DNA of 55,501 nt from positions 1-55,501 of the forward strand of contig WGCS01000114.1 in NCBI GenBank assembly GCA_015493685.1, given 5' to 3'. The position numbers and the translations under genes are program-made. The notes beneath the pieces are model-generated. The model saw nothing but the letters and a program-made list of their open reading frames with translations. It searched no databases and had not been told where the DNA came from. The stretch's first letter is position 1; the number at the start of each line of letters is the position of its first letter. The stretch is from Bacteroidales bacterium (GTDB lineage Bacteria > Bacteroidota > Bacteroidia > Bacteroidales > UBA1556). Of the stretch, positions 46,988-55,501 are shown piece after piece.

Positions 46988-48208
46988 ATGGACTTTGATA
47001 TTGATAATATCAGAAAAGATTTCCCCATACTTCAACTGAAGATAAGGGGAAAATCGTTGGTGTATTTTGATAATGCTGCCACTAGTCAAAAACCTACTGC
47101 GGTAATTGAACGAATGGCTAAATATAATCGCAGTGAAAACAGCAATGTACATCGAGGAGTGCATTGGCTAAGTCAGCTTGCCACTGACGCCATGGAAAAT
47201 GCACGCGAAACAATCCGAGAACATCTTAATGCTCAGAGTATAGAAGAAGTAATTTTTACCAAAGGCACCACCGAATCTATTAATCTAGTAGCAAGTTCTT
47301 TCGGGAAAGCTTTTATCACTGCAGGAGATGAGATAGTTATTTCAGAAATGGAACACCATGCCAATATTATCCCTTGGCAAATCCTCTGCCAAGAAAAAGG
47401 CGCCTCCTTAAAAGTAAGCAAAATAAATCCTGACGGGAGTTTAAACATTGACCATTATAAATCCTTACTTAACTCCCGAACAAAATTAGTTGCCCTAGCA
47501 CATGTATCGAACGTAATGGGAATAATTAATCCCATAAAGGAGTTAATTCATTTAGCTCACCAAAAACAAATTCCGGTATTAATTGATGGAGCACAAGCAA
47601 TACCCCATACTAATGTTGACGTACAAGAACTAGATTGCGATTTCTATGCTTTTTCGGCTCATAAGATGTACGGTCCAACGGGTGTAGGCATACTCTATGG
47701 TAAGAAAAAATTTCTAGAAGCAATGCCGCCCTACCAAACAGGAGGAGAAATGATCGATCAAGTAAGTTTTGAGAAAACTACTTTTGCAGATTTACCATTC
47801 AAATTTGAAGCAGGCACACCAATGATAGCAAGTATTATAGGCTTTGGAGAAGCAATAAAATACATTAACAATATTGGTATTGCAACCATTGAAGCTTATG
47901 AGCATCAACTTTTGGACTATGGTACCAAGAAATTATCCGAAATAAATGGACTTACGATTATTGGCACCCATAAACCCAAAGCTGCTGTAATATCATTTAT
48001 ACTTGATGGTATTCATCATTATGATGCCGGCAGCCTACTTGACCAAATGGGTATAGCCGTTAGAACCGGCAACCATTGTGCTCAGCCTCTTATGAAATAC
48101 ATGCATATAAACGGAACTATTAGAGCTTCCTTTGCCTTTTATAATACTAAACAAGAAATTGATTTGTTGGCTGAAGCTATTGTTAAAGCTCAAACAATGT
48201 TGCTATAA
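46988..48208 (+). CDS. sufS: Cysteine desulfurase SufS (class II aminotransferase V)
   Basis: SNVHRG, AFSAHKMYGPTG (the PLP lysine) and RTGNHCAQP (the catalytic Cys loop). Confidence 0.95.
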   Translation: MDFDIDNIRKDFPILQLKIRGKSLVYFDNAATSQKPTAVIERMAKYNRSENSNVHRGVHWLSQLATDAMENARETIREHLNAQSIEEVIFTKGTTESINLVASSFGKAFITAGDEIVISEMEHHANIIPWQILCQEKGASLKVSKINPDGSLNIDHYKSLLNSRTKLVALAHVSNVMGIINPIKELIHLAHQKQIPVLIDGAQAIPHTNVDVQELDCDFYAFSAHKMYGPTGVGILYGKKKFLEAMPPYQTGGEMIDQVSFEKTTFADLPFKFEAGTPMIASIIGFGEAIKYINNIGIATIEAYEHQLLDYGTKKLSEINGLTIIGTHKPKAAVISFILDGIHHYDAGSLLDQMGIAVRTGNHCAQPLMKYMHINGTIRASFAFYNTKQEIDLLAEAIVKAQTMLL

Positions 48209-48244
48209 TTTAATTAAAACCAAAACTTTAAAGAAGCCAAGAAA

Positions 48245-48679
48245 ATGACTATACAAGAAACCAAAGAAAATATCATTGAAGAATTTGAACTCTTTGACGA
48301 CTGGATGGACCGCTATAATTACATTATAGAAATGGGTAAAGAGTGTGAGGGAATTGAAGAAAAATATAAGACAAAGCAATACCTAATTAGTGGATGTCAA
48401 TCCCAAGTATGGCTTAGTGCTGAATACAAAGAGGGTAAGATTATCTTCCAAGCCGATAGCGATGCCATTATCACTAAGGGAATTGTACAATTGCTTATGC
48501 GCGTTGTCAATAATCGCACACCTCAAGAAATTATCAACGAAGATTTTAGTTTCCTCGACAATATTGGACTTAAGGAACATTTATCACCCACACGAGCCAA
48601 TGGACTTAGTTCCATGATAAGACAAATAAAGCTTTATGCATTAGTATTCAAAACCAAGGAAGAACAAAAACAAGCATAA
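48245..48679 (+). CDS. sufE: Sulfur acceptor SufE
   Basis: LISGCQSQVWL active-site Cys motif, 144 aa. Confidence 0.9.
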   Translation: MTIQETKENIIEEFELFDDWMDRYNYIIEMGKECEGIEEKYKTKQYLISGCQSQVWLSAEYKEGKIIFQADSDAIITKGIVQLLMRVVNNRTPQEIINEDFSFLDNIGLKEHLSPTRANGLSSMIRQIKLYALVFKTKEEQKQA

Positions 48680-48680
48680 A

Positions 48681-49016
48681 ATGGAAGAAAAGAAAAAAGA
48701 AGCTGTGGATTTTCTTTTTTTAGAAAATCAAGTATTAAAGGCATTAAAGACAGTATATGACCCGGAAATTCCTGTGGATATATATGAATTAGGCATGATT
48801 TACGAAATAGAGGTAGATGATGATGCAGTAGCTCATGTGGTAATGACTTTGACCACTCCCAATTGTCCTGTGGCAGATTCATTACCGGCAGAAGTTAAAG
48901 AACGGGTGTCTGCTATATCTGGAATAAAAGAAGCTGATGTTGTACTCACCTTTGACCCACCATGGGATAAGAGTATGATGAGTGAAGAAGCTCAACTGGA
49001 ACTAGGCTATTTGTAA
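48681..49016 (+). CDS. DUF59 / SufT-like Fe-S assembly protein
   Basis: VYDPEIPVDIYELGMIY ... LTTPNCPVAD is the MIP18/DUF59 signature. Confidence 0.85.
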   Translation: MEEKKKEAVDFLFLENQVLKALKTVYDPEIPVDIYELGMIYEIEVDDDAVAHVVMTLTTPNCPVADSLPAEVKERVSAISGIKEADVVLTFDPPWDKSMMSEEAQLELGYL

Positions 49017-49040
49017 TACAATAAGCTTATTATAACCAAC

Positions 49041-49075
49041 AAAACCCGTAATAGATACTATTAGGGGTTTTGTCA
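49041..49075 (+). terminator. Intrinsic terminator after the suf operon
   Basis: aaaacccgtaatag / ata / ctattaggggtttt forms a stem with one mismatch, followed by TTTTGTCATTT. Confidence 0.6.
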
Positions 49076-49206
49076 TTTAATTTGAAACAAAGTTTCCTAC
49101 ATGATTTGGCATTCTACCATAAGCAGATTATTTTTACCTACTATTTACAATAATACCATCGCCTTGAATTATGATTTTAAGGAATACGTTTTATTGCTAA
49201 TTGCTA

Positions 49207-49626
49207 TTATTCTTCGATAACAATTTCGTATGTCATCTCAGCCACCTTATTAAGCATAGCAGTAACACCACAATAGCGATCCTGAGAAAGATTAATGGCT
49301 TTTTCTAATTTATCCATGGGCAAGTCCTTTCCTTTGAAAGAATAAACAATATGAATTTTATGAAAATATTTAGGATGCTCATCGGTTAACTCACCACTAA
49401 CTTTTACGTCAAACGCCTCCGGCTGCACTCTCATTTTACCTAAAATAGAAATAACATCCATTCCGGTACATCCTCCCAATGAGACTAATGTTAATGGCTT
49501 GGGGCGAGGGCCTCTATCTTCGCCACCAACACGCTCGTCGGCATCTATTGGGATAATATGACCATTCACTTCTGCATCAAAAGTCATTTTCTTCTTCCAC
49601 TTAATATCTACTGTTGTTTTATCCAT
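49207..49626 (-). CDS. OsmC-family protein
   Basis: 139 aa with PKPLTLVSLGGCTGMD and RYCGVTAML, the two conserved Cys contexts of OsmC/Ohr-like proteins. Confidence 0.8.
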   Translation of the reverse strand: MDKTTVDIKWKKKMTFDAEVNGHIIPIDADERVGGEDRGPRPKPLTLVSLGGCTGMDVISILGKMRVQPEAFDVKVSGELTDEHPKYFHKIHIVYSFKGKDLPMDKLEKAINLSQDRYCGVTAMLNKVAEMTYEIVIEE

Positions 49627-49883
49627 GATATTCGCTATTAAATAATTATATAAAGTTTGTTTTCTTGTAAAGACTTAATTTATAAGCGGCAAAGATAGTA
49701 TTTTTATAAATTGACCTAAAATAGAATTTATACCTAATTTAACCATCATATAGCGCATAAATTGTTTCTCTTAGGCCTTTTGCCGGTTATCATGATTTTT
49801 ATTATGAAATTTTATTCCTTTTTTTATTATTTTTGTTAACTACTATTTACACTATTTCAATAAGTTATATACAATTAATCATT

Positions 49884-50693
49884 ATGAAAAAAACCTTTAT
49901 CTTATTCAGCTTCGCCGGCATTTTATTTATCAGTTTACTATCCTCCATAAACAACTCAGGCGGTTCACCGGGAGGGAAAACAGGCTCTCCTGCCGATGGG
50001 CATAATTGCACTCAATGCCATGCCGGAACACCACAAGTTGTCAACTCGTGGATTAGCACAACTATTCCATCGACAGGCTATGTTCCTAACCATACTTATA
50101 CCATTACATTAACAGGTACTTATAGCGGTGTCGCCCGCTTTGGATTTGAGCTTACAGCCGAAAACGCTACACACAACAAGGTAGGTACTTTTGTAATCAC
50201 CAATACCGGGGAGACGAAACTTGTTAATAATGGCCATGCAGTAACCCATACCGGCAACGGAATTACACCAAATAATGACAGCAAGACCTGGTCAATGGAT
50301 TGGACAGCCCCGGCAGCAGGTGCCGATACGATTACTTTTTATGCCGCTTTGGTAGCCGCCAATGGTAATATGAGTACTAGCGGTGACAAGGTTTTTCTAA
50401 CTTCTTTGGCTATACCTCAAGATCTATCCATAGGAATAGAACCCCAGTCAACAGTACAAAGCATTCAAGTATTTCCTTCGATAGCCCATAATCAGTTGAC
50501 TATAAAATTGGGATCTACGGCTGTCAAAAGCCTAAGTATTTATTCCGTTTCCGGTCAATTGATGAAAACAATACCCATTCAGAACCAGCAGGATATATTA
50601 CAATTTAACCTCAGCGACTTTGCCAAAGGAAGTTACTTTATTTATTTTGAAACAGCCAATAAAAAGATTGTAAAAAGATTTATTAAAAACTAA
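49884..50693 (+). CDS. T9SS-secreted protein with an N-terminal CxxCH motif and a reeler-like beta domain
   Basis: Signal peptide MKKTFILFSFAGILFISLLSS. GSPADGHNCTQCHAG (CTQCH at nt 50007-50021). Beta domain (FGFELTAE, VTHTGNG, WSMDWTAP, FYAALVAANG). T9SS CTD (VFPSIAHNQLTI ... GSYFIYF ... RFIKN). I placed the start at ATG 49884. Confidence 0.7.
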   Translation: MKKTFILFSFAGILFISLLSSINNSGGSPGGKTGSPADGHNCTQCHAGTPQVVNSWISTTIPSTGYVPNHTYTITLTGTYSGVARFGFELTAENATHNKVGTFVITNTGETKLVNNGHAVTHTGNGITPNNDSKTWSMDWTAPAAGADTITFYAALVAANGNMSTSGDKVFLTSLAIPQDLSIGIEPQSTVQSIQVFPSIAHNQLTIKLGSTAVKSLSIYSVSGQLMKTIPIQNQQDILQFNLSDFAKGSYFIYFETANKKIVKRFIKN

Positions 50694-50812
50694 AATTCTA
50701 CGATAAAAATATCGCTTTCTTGAAATAGCAAAAGCTGATTCAAGATAGAAATCGACCTAAAGTTAGGTTAATAATTAATTCTGGTTTATGATTTTCTGAG
50801 CCTATACTAAAT

Positions 50813-50854
50813 AAAAGAAGCCGCTGAAAAATAAATTTTTCAGCGGCTTCTTTT
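50813..50854. terminator. Bidirectional intrinsic terminator between convergent genes
   Basis: aaaagaagccgctgaaaaa / taaa / tttttcagcggcttctttt has a perfect GC-containing stem with A- and T-runs on either side. Confidence 0.85.
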
Positions 50855-50879
50855 ATTTAACAATTTGTGTGGCGATATA

Positions 50880-51800
50880 CTAATCCAATACAAATTGACT
50901 TCTTCCAATCATTTTACCATCGAGATAAATAGCAATTAAATACTTTCCTTTCATGGCAGGAGTAGTCGTATGTTTATCCCAATTTAGGACTACGTTAATG
51001 GCCTTATTCTGGTAGTCAATGGTTTTTTTCATGGAATATTGAAGCTTAGTCCCATTAAAATCAAAGCTATATTCATCCCCTTTACCCTTAGCTATAATTA
51101 AACCATCGGGACGAGCAATACGAATATATACCGTTCTATTACCCGGTTTTGCCAAGGCATTGGCTCCAATGGTAAAGCGTATTTTAACTCTATCTACACG
51201 CCGAGCTTTAAAAGTCTCCAATTCCCTCTTTTTCTTTCCTCGTAAATGGTAAGTAACTCCTTCCACATTATTGGCTTTGAGTGCGGAACCTACTTCTACT
51301 ATTTTTGTTAATTGTTGCCTTTCCTTTTTTAATTTTACCGTTTGTCGTGTTTTTTTATCAATTTGTTGATGAGCAACATCGAGCTCTTGTTTTAATTCTC
51401 TATTGGCAGTATAAAGCGAATCCAGCTGATCAACATAACTTTGTTGGATTGCCCGTAAATAATTTAACTTACGTTTAATACGTCGGTAATCTGATGACTT
51501 AGCAATTAGCTTTTTTATTTCAATGGCATTGGCGGTAATAATACTATCTTTCACCTTTGCTTGCTCACTTAATTCCCCGTACTCTTTCTTAATAGTTGTA
51601 TGCTCCACCATTAACGAATCTAATTCGCCCGTGAGATTAAGTCGTATCTCCTCTTTCTCAACATTTACCGCCTTTACCTCTTCTCTGGAATAAAGCAATA
51701 TCCATAATAGAACTATTATTATAGCTACCAATATACCAATGGTAACTTTATAACCAATTGTTTTAACTTTCTTATTCTCAAGCTGTTGTTTCTTCTCCAT
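50880..51800 (-). CDS. Membrane-anchored coiled-coil protein with a C-terminal beta domain, function unknown
   Basis: N-terminal TM helix (VTIGILVAIIIVLLWILLY), ~130 aa of heptad-like charged sequence, then a beta-rich ~130-aa C-terminal domain. Confidence 0.5.
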   Translation of the reverse strand: MEKKQQLENKKVKTIGYKVTIGILVAIIIVLLWILLYSREEVKAVNVEKEEIRLNLTGELDSLMVEHTTIKKEYGELSEQAKVKDSIITANAIEIKKLIAKSSDYRRIKRKLNYLRAIQQSYVDQLDSLYTANRELKQELDVAHQQIDKKTRQTVKLKKERQQLTKIVEVGSALKANNVEGVTYHLRGKKKRELETFKARRVDRVKIRFTIGANALAKPGNRTVYIRIARPDGLIIAKGKGDEYSFDFNGTKLQYSMKKTIDYQNKAINVVLNWDKHTTTPAMKGKYLIAIYLDGKMIGRSQFVLD

Positions 51801-52246
51801 AATAGTATTTATTTCTTAAAATAATTATCTAATTCCTAATTGTTTTATCTAAAGTACATTACGATTAAATGTCGGACAAAAGTAAGCCTTGTTATTCAAA
51901 TAATAAAACATTTATTTAAAAAATTAAACAAACAACATTTTACTAAATAAACCACCATTATGCGCAATTGCAAAACCAATTCGACGAAGTAGATTCTCTA
52001 CTTCTCCATCAAATAAACTCCAAAAACAGGAAAATAGTATTTTTATTAAAAGAAACGGCATCCTATATCTACAATACACATGGATTAAGCTGAATCCAAT
52101 GAAATTAATCGCTGCTTATTAGTAATTATTTTTATTAAATAATGCAACCAATTATATATATATCATGTCGTTGTAGTCAGTAATAGATTATTAAGGTAAA
52201 AATTTTAGTTTGTTTCTTTTCTGTTTGTTTATTAATTAAACAAAAA

Positions 52247-52269
52247 GGGTGATATCCATGGTATCACCC
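52247..52269. other. Orphan terminator-like hairpin about 50 nt upstream of the 52318 start codon
   Basis: gggtgatatc cat ggtatcaccc forms a 10-bp stem including one G-U pair. It is flanked by CAAAAA upstream and TATATTTT downstream. Confidence 0.45.
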
Positions 52270-52317
52270 TATATTTTATCTAATTTTGTACTTCGTTTAA
52301 TCAAACTAAAAGAGCTC

Positions 52318-53616
52318 ATGTTATTACGAAAAATAAAGTTAGCTATAATTATTACACTATTAGGTCTATTTAGTTCCTGCACTCATACTTCCAGCAATAG
52401 CACCAAAGAGGCACCCATCACCAGCCAAGATACAAGTCAGGTAAAAATAAAAAAGAGCACACATTATATCTATTATATTCCCGGCGACAGTATAGTTAAT
52501 GGAATTTTAATAGTACTTGATCCCCATGGCAAGCCTGCTATAATTATGGATTCTTTACATTCCATTGCCGACAACAATCACCTTGCGCTATTAGGCCTTA
52601 ACGATATTCGGAATGGCATTTCAGCCTATAACGAAATTATCAATAGAGATTTACATCATTTCGAATCCTATGCTGCCATTTCGCCATCGTATATTTACCT
52701 ACTTGGTTTTTCAGGAGGAAGCAGAATGGCCGCTATTTATGCGCGTAGAAATCGCATCGATGGCTTAATTCTATGCGGTGCCGGCCTTAACCGCCAAACG
52801 CAGTTTCCTTTTCCCATAGTCATGATTTCAGGCATGGGCGATTTTAATTTTATGGAACAATATTATACTCCCGATGATGCTACCACCTTCAATAAGAATA
52901 TTATCACACTTAATTTTAGAGGAAAACACCAATGGCCCAAAGCAAAACTTATAGCTGATGCCATTGATTTTGTTATTGGCCGAAACGAAGGAAAGAATAG
53001 TAGCGAAGCTAATGCCTACGCAAAGCAATCTACAGAATTATTAAAACAAAAAGAATATTACTTGAGCTTTAAAGCCATGGAAATGGCCTATAAACTCAGC
53101 GATGGTAATCTTGCTGAAAAACGTAAGCAACAACTTATTGCATTGAGCAATAATCCCAATGTAAAAAGCTATTTCCACCGGCTACAGAAATACATCAATG
53201 AAGAACAACAGAGATACCAAATGCTTTCTCACGCAATGGAAATTCAAGATTTAAAATGGTGGAATAATCAAATTGATTATATCGAATCAAAAGCTGCCGA
53301 CAAGAAAAACAAATTACGAGCTGCCAGCTACCAACGGACAAAGGCTTATCTTGGAATACTTGTATATTCACGACTATCAGCAGCAAGCTCAGGAAGAGGC
53401 CATTATAATCTTATTCCCAAATACCTTGAGATTTACAAACGCTTAGAGCCCAAGAATCCTGATTTATTCTTTTTCAAAGCCATATATGCCCTCTCGCAAG
53501 ACAAGCAAGAGGAGGCACTTAACGACCTGAGAAAAGCCAAGAAACTTGGCTTTAACGATCAGAATAAAATCTACCGCTTTTTCCCTCAAGAGCTTATTAA
53601 CAAACTCAAGTCCTAA
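52318..53616 (+). CDS. Lipoprotein: alpha/beta-hydrolase-like N-domain plus a helical (TPR-like) C-domain
   Basis: Lipobox LLGLFSSC and nucleophile-elbow-like GFSGGS. The C-terminal half is all-helical. I placed the start at ATG 52318 rather than GTG 52249. Confidence 0.55.
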   Translation: MLLRKIKLAIIITLLGLFSSCTHTSSNSTKEAPITSQDTSQVKIKKSTHYIYYIPGDSIVNGILIVLDPHGKPAIIMDSLHSIADNNHLALLGLNDIRNGISAYNEIINRDLHHFESYAAISPSYIYLLGFSGGSRMAAIYARRNRIDGLILCGAGLNRQTQFPFPIVMISGMGDFNFMEQYYTPDDATTFNKNIITLNFRGKHQWPKAKLIADAIDFVIGRNEGKNSSEANAYAKQSTELLKQKEYYLSFKAMEMAYKLSDGNLAEKRKQQLIALSNNPNVKSYFHRLQKYINEEQQRYQMLSHAMEIQDLKWWNNQIDYIESKAADKKNKLRAASYQRTKAYLGILVYSRLSAASSGRGHYNLIPKYLEIYKRLEPKNPDLFFFKAIYALSQDKQEEALNDLRKAKKLGFNDQNKIYRFFPQELINKLKS

Positions 53617-53631
53617 GTCCTCGTTAAAATT

Positions 53632-54357
53632 ATGCAAGTTAGTACACCCGCTATTGTCCTAAGAACTCACAAATATTCCGAGACAAGTATTATTGCTAAA
53701 CTCTATACTCAAAAACTAGGTTTAACTACCTTCATAGTGCATGGGGTGAGGAAAAAACACAGCAAAATATCGGCCTCATTATTCCAGCCGCTCCAGCTTC
53801 TTCACGTTAAACTTACCTATAAGGAGCGTGCCGGCATGCAAAAGCTCAAAGACATTAATATCTCAGAAGGAATCCACAGTATCCATTCCGATATTTTTAA
53901 ATCATCGATAGCAATGTTTATTGCCGAACTTATATATAAGGTGATAAAAGAAGAAGAAGCCAATGAACATCTTTTTCAGTATTTATATACCAGCATAGCT
54001 TTTCTCAACGAAGCTAAAGGCAGCTATATTACTAACTTCCACCTTTTATTTACCTTGGATTTAAGTCGATACTTGGGGTTCTACCCCAATAATAATTTCA
54101 GCATTACTAAATGCTATTTTATCCCTGAGCATGCTCTGTTTGAAAGTACTTATAATAACAGCAGCTATTTCAATAAAGAAATAAGCAGGCTTCTCAATCA
54201 ATTGATGCAATTGAAATACGACAATATCCCCAATTTTTCCATCACCACAATACAAAGGCGGCTTTTACTCAAAGGACTTCTCAGCTACTATCAATATCAC
54301 TTACCGGAAATGGGTACAATACAAAGTATCGATATACTTGAAACCTTATTTACCTAA
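53632..54357 (+). CDS. recO: DNA repair protein RecO
   Basis: The N-terminal OB-fold opening TPAIVLRTHKYSETSIIAKLYTQKLGL and the ~240-aa size fit RecO. Confidence 0.85.
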   Translation: MQVSTPAIVLRTHKYSETSIIAKLYTQKLGLTTFIVHGVRKKHSKISASLFQPLQLLHVKLTYKERAGMQKLKDINISEGIHSIHSDIFKSSIAMFIAELIYKVIKEEEANEHLFQYLYTSIAFLNEAKGSYITNFHLLFTLDLSRYLGFYPNNNFSITKCYFIPEHALFESTYNNSSYFNKEISRLLNQLMQLKYDNIPNFSITTIQRRLLLKGLLSYYQYHLPEMGTIQSIDILETLFT

Positions 54358-54469
54358 AAAATTAAGTCTTCGGCATCCATAAACTACCTTTCTCTCATTA
54401 AAAAAAAGAGATAAATCAATATTTAACATTTATATAACAGCATATCCCTTCATTTATAAAAAAAAACTG

Positions 54470-54477
54470 TACTTTTG
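54470..54477 (+). promoter_or_regulatory. Candidate -7 promoter box (TACTTTTG)
   Basis: Matches TAnnTTTG, 66 nt upstream of the 54543 ATG. It is preceded by an A9 tract. Confidence 0.35.
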
Positions 54478-54542
54478 CTTCCCCTCTTACGAAAAGAGGC
54501 TTATTATTAAATAATTTAAACCAATAAATAATTAACTATCTT

Positions 54543-55469
54543 ATGAAGAAAATTTTACTTTCAGTTTTAGTACTTTTTGTGAGTACACTAAGCTTTGCAC
54601 AATGCAACGACTTATTTTTGTCAGAATACTTACAAGGAAAAGGTAATAATAGAGCATTAGAAATTTATAATCCCACCAATAATGCTGTAGATTTATCACA
54701 ATATCAGCTTGTTAGATATTCTAATGGAGGCACAACACCCTATGCCGTAACTTTATCAAACACTTTAGCACCGGCAGAATGTTGGGTAGTGGTTTCCGAT
54801 AAGAGAGATCCCAATGGAACAGGTTATGATACAGCAGTAGCCTTAGAGCTTCAAGCCAAGGCTGATACTTTTATCTGCCCTGTTTACAGCCAAAACAAAA
54901 TGATGTATTTCAATGGTAATGATGCCGTTACCTTAGAAAAACTCAACGGAACTTATATTGATATTATTGGTAAAATAGGTGAAGATCCTGGAAAAGCATG
55001 GACTTCTGATACAGCCAGTGGATTTACCAGTGCCGGAGGAGGCCGTTGGTGGACAAAAAGAAATACTTTAGTACGTAAATATACTATTCAAGAAGGAGTT
55101 ACTGCTAACCCTCCTTATTTCAACCCGGCAGCCCAATGGGACTCCATAGGTTTCCAAGTGTTTAGTACTTTAGGCTGGCATCAGAGTATTTGCCAACCAA
55201 ATAGTATTCATACTGCAACAAAAAAGAAAAATAATTGCTTTTTCTATCCTAACCCTGCCGCAAACGGTTGGTTTATGGTAAAAGGTACTGCTATCATCAA
55301 ATCTGTTGATATTATGAATTCAATAGGACAAGTAATAATCAGTAAAGAAAATCCTTCTGAAAGAGGAGACATGAAAATTTCCACCATTAATTTAAAAGAA
55401 GGTATGTATATGGTGAATGTTAATTTTGCTGATAAAACTAGCATTACCAAAAAGATTTTAATTAAATAA
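54543..55469 (+). CDS. T9SS-secreted lamin-tail-domain (LTD) protein
   Basis: Signal peptide. LFLSEYLQGKGNNRALEIYNPTNNAVDLSQYQL is the LTD opening. T9SS CTD (FFYPNPAANGWFMV ... GMYMVNV ... ILIK). Confidence 0.75.
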   Translation: MKKILLSVLVLFVSTLSFAQCNDLFLSEYLQGKGNNRALEIYNPTNNAVDLSQYQLVRYSNGGTTPYAVTLSNTLAPAECWVVVSDKRDPNGTGYDTAVALELQAKADTFICPVYSQNKMMYFNGNDAVTLEKLNGTYIDIIGKIGEDPGKAWTSDTASGFTSAGGGRWWTKRNTLVRKYTIQEGVTANPPYFNPAAQWDSIGFQVFSTLGWHQSICQPNSIHTATKKKNNCFFYPNPAANGWFMVKGTAIIKSVDIMNSIGQVIISKENPSERGDMKISTINLKEGMYMVNVNFADKTSITKKILIK

Positions 55470-55501
55470 TCTATTATTATTTTTATAAAAAAGCCCTCCT
55501 C

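Noticed and set aside
55470-55501. Possible terminator stem beginning AAAAAGCCCTCCTC at the right edge.
   Set aside because: It is cut by the window end, so the second half of the stem cannot be seen.

Overview
This is a visibly AT-rich chromosomal segment that reads as Bacteroidota. Three proteins end in T9SS type-A C-terminal sorting domains. TAnnTTTG-type -7 boxes precede several operons. Phylum-typical gene orders are present: purH-mreB-mreC-mreD, sigma54 activator-lptE-x-secG-groES-groEL, and sufBCDSE-DUF59. I count about 50 protein genes and found no rRNA, tRNA or CRISPR by eye. The left edge cuts through an IS30-family transposase. Most content is housekeeping: purine synthesis, cell shape, thiamine, pyrimidine salvage, chaperonins, Fe-S assembly, a fused B12-dependent IcmF mutase and RecO. 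Five things stand out. (1) A translationally coupled RDD / SpoIIM-like / 6-TM / DUF4129 / DUF4350 / MoxR / DUF58 module at 24.3-31.1 kb has no known function and is the best candidate here for an undescribed system. (2) A stand-alone ccmBCDE set has a Cys-type (CPSKY) CcmE and a ccmD-like mini-ORF missing from the ORF track, with no ccmA/F/G/H in the window. (3) A T9SS cargo carries a single CxxCH motif in front of a reeler-like domain. (4) There is a 1731-aa multi-domain T9SS surface protein. (5) Several long, hairpin-containing intergenic regions have no assigned function. All functional calls rest on motif and family recognition by eye; no database search or folding computation was run.
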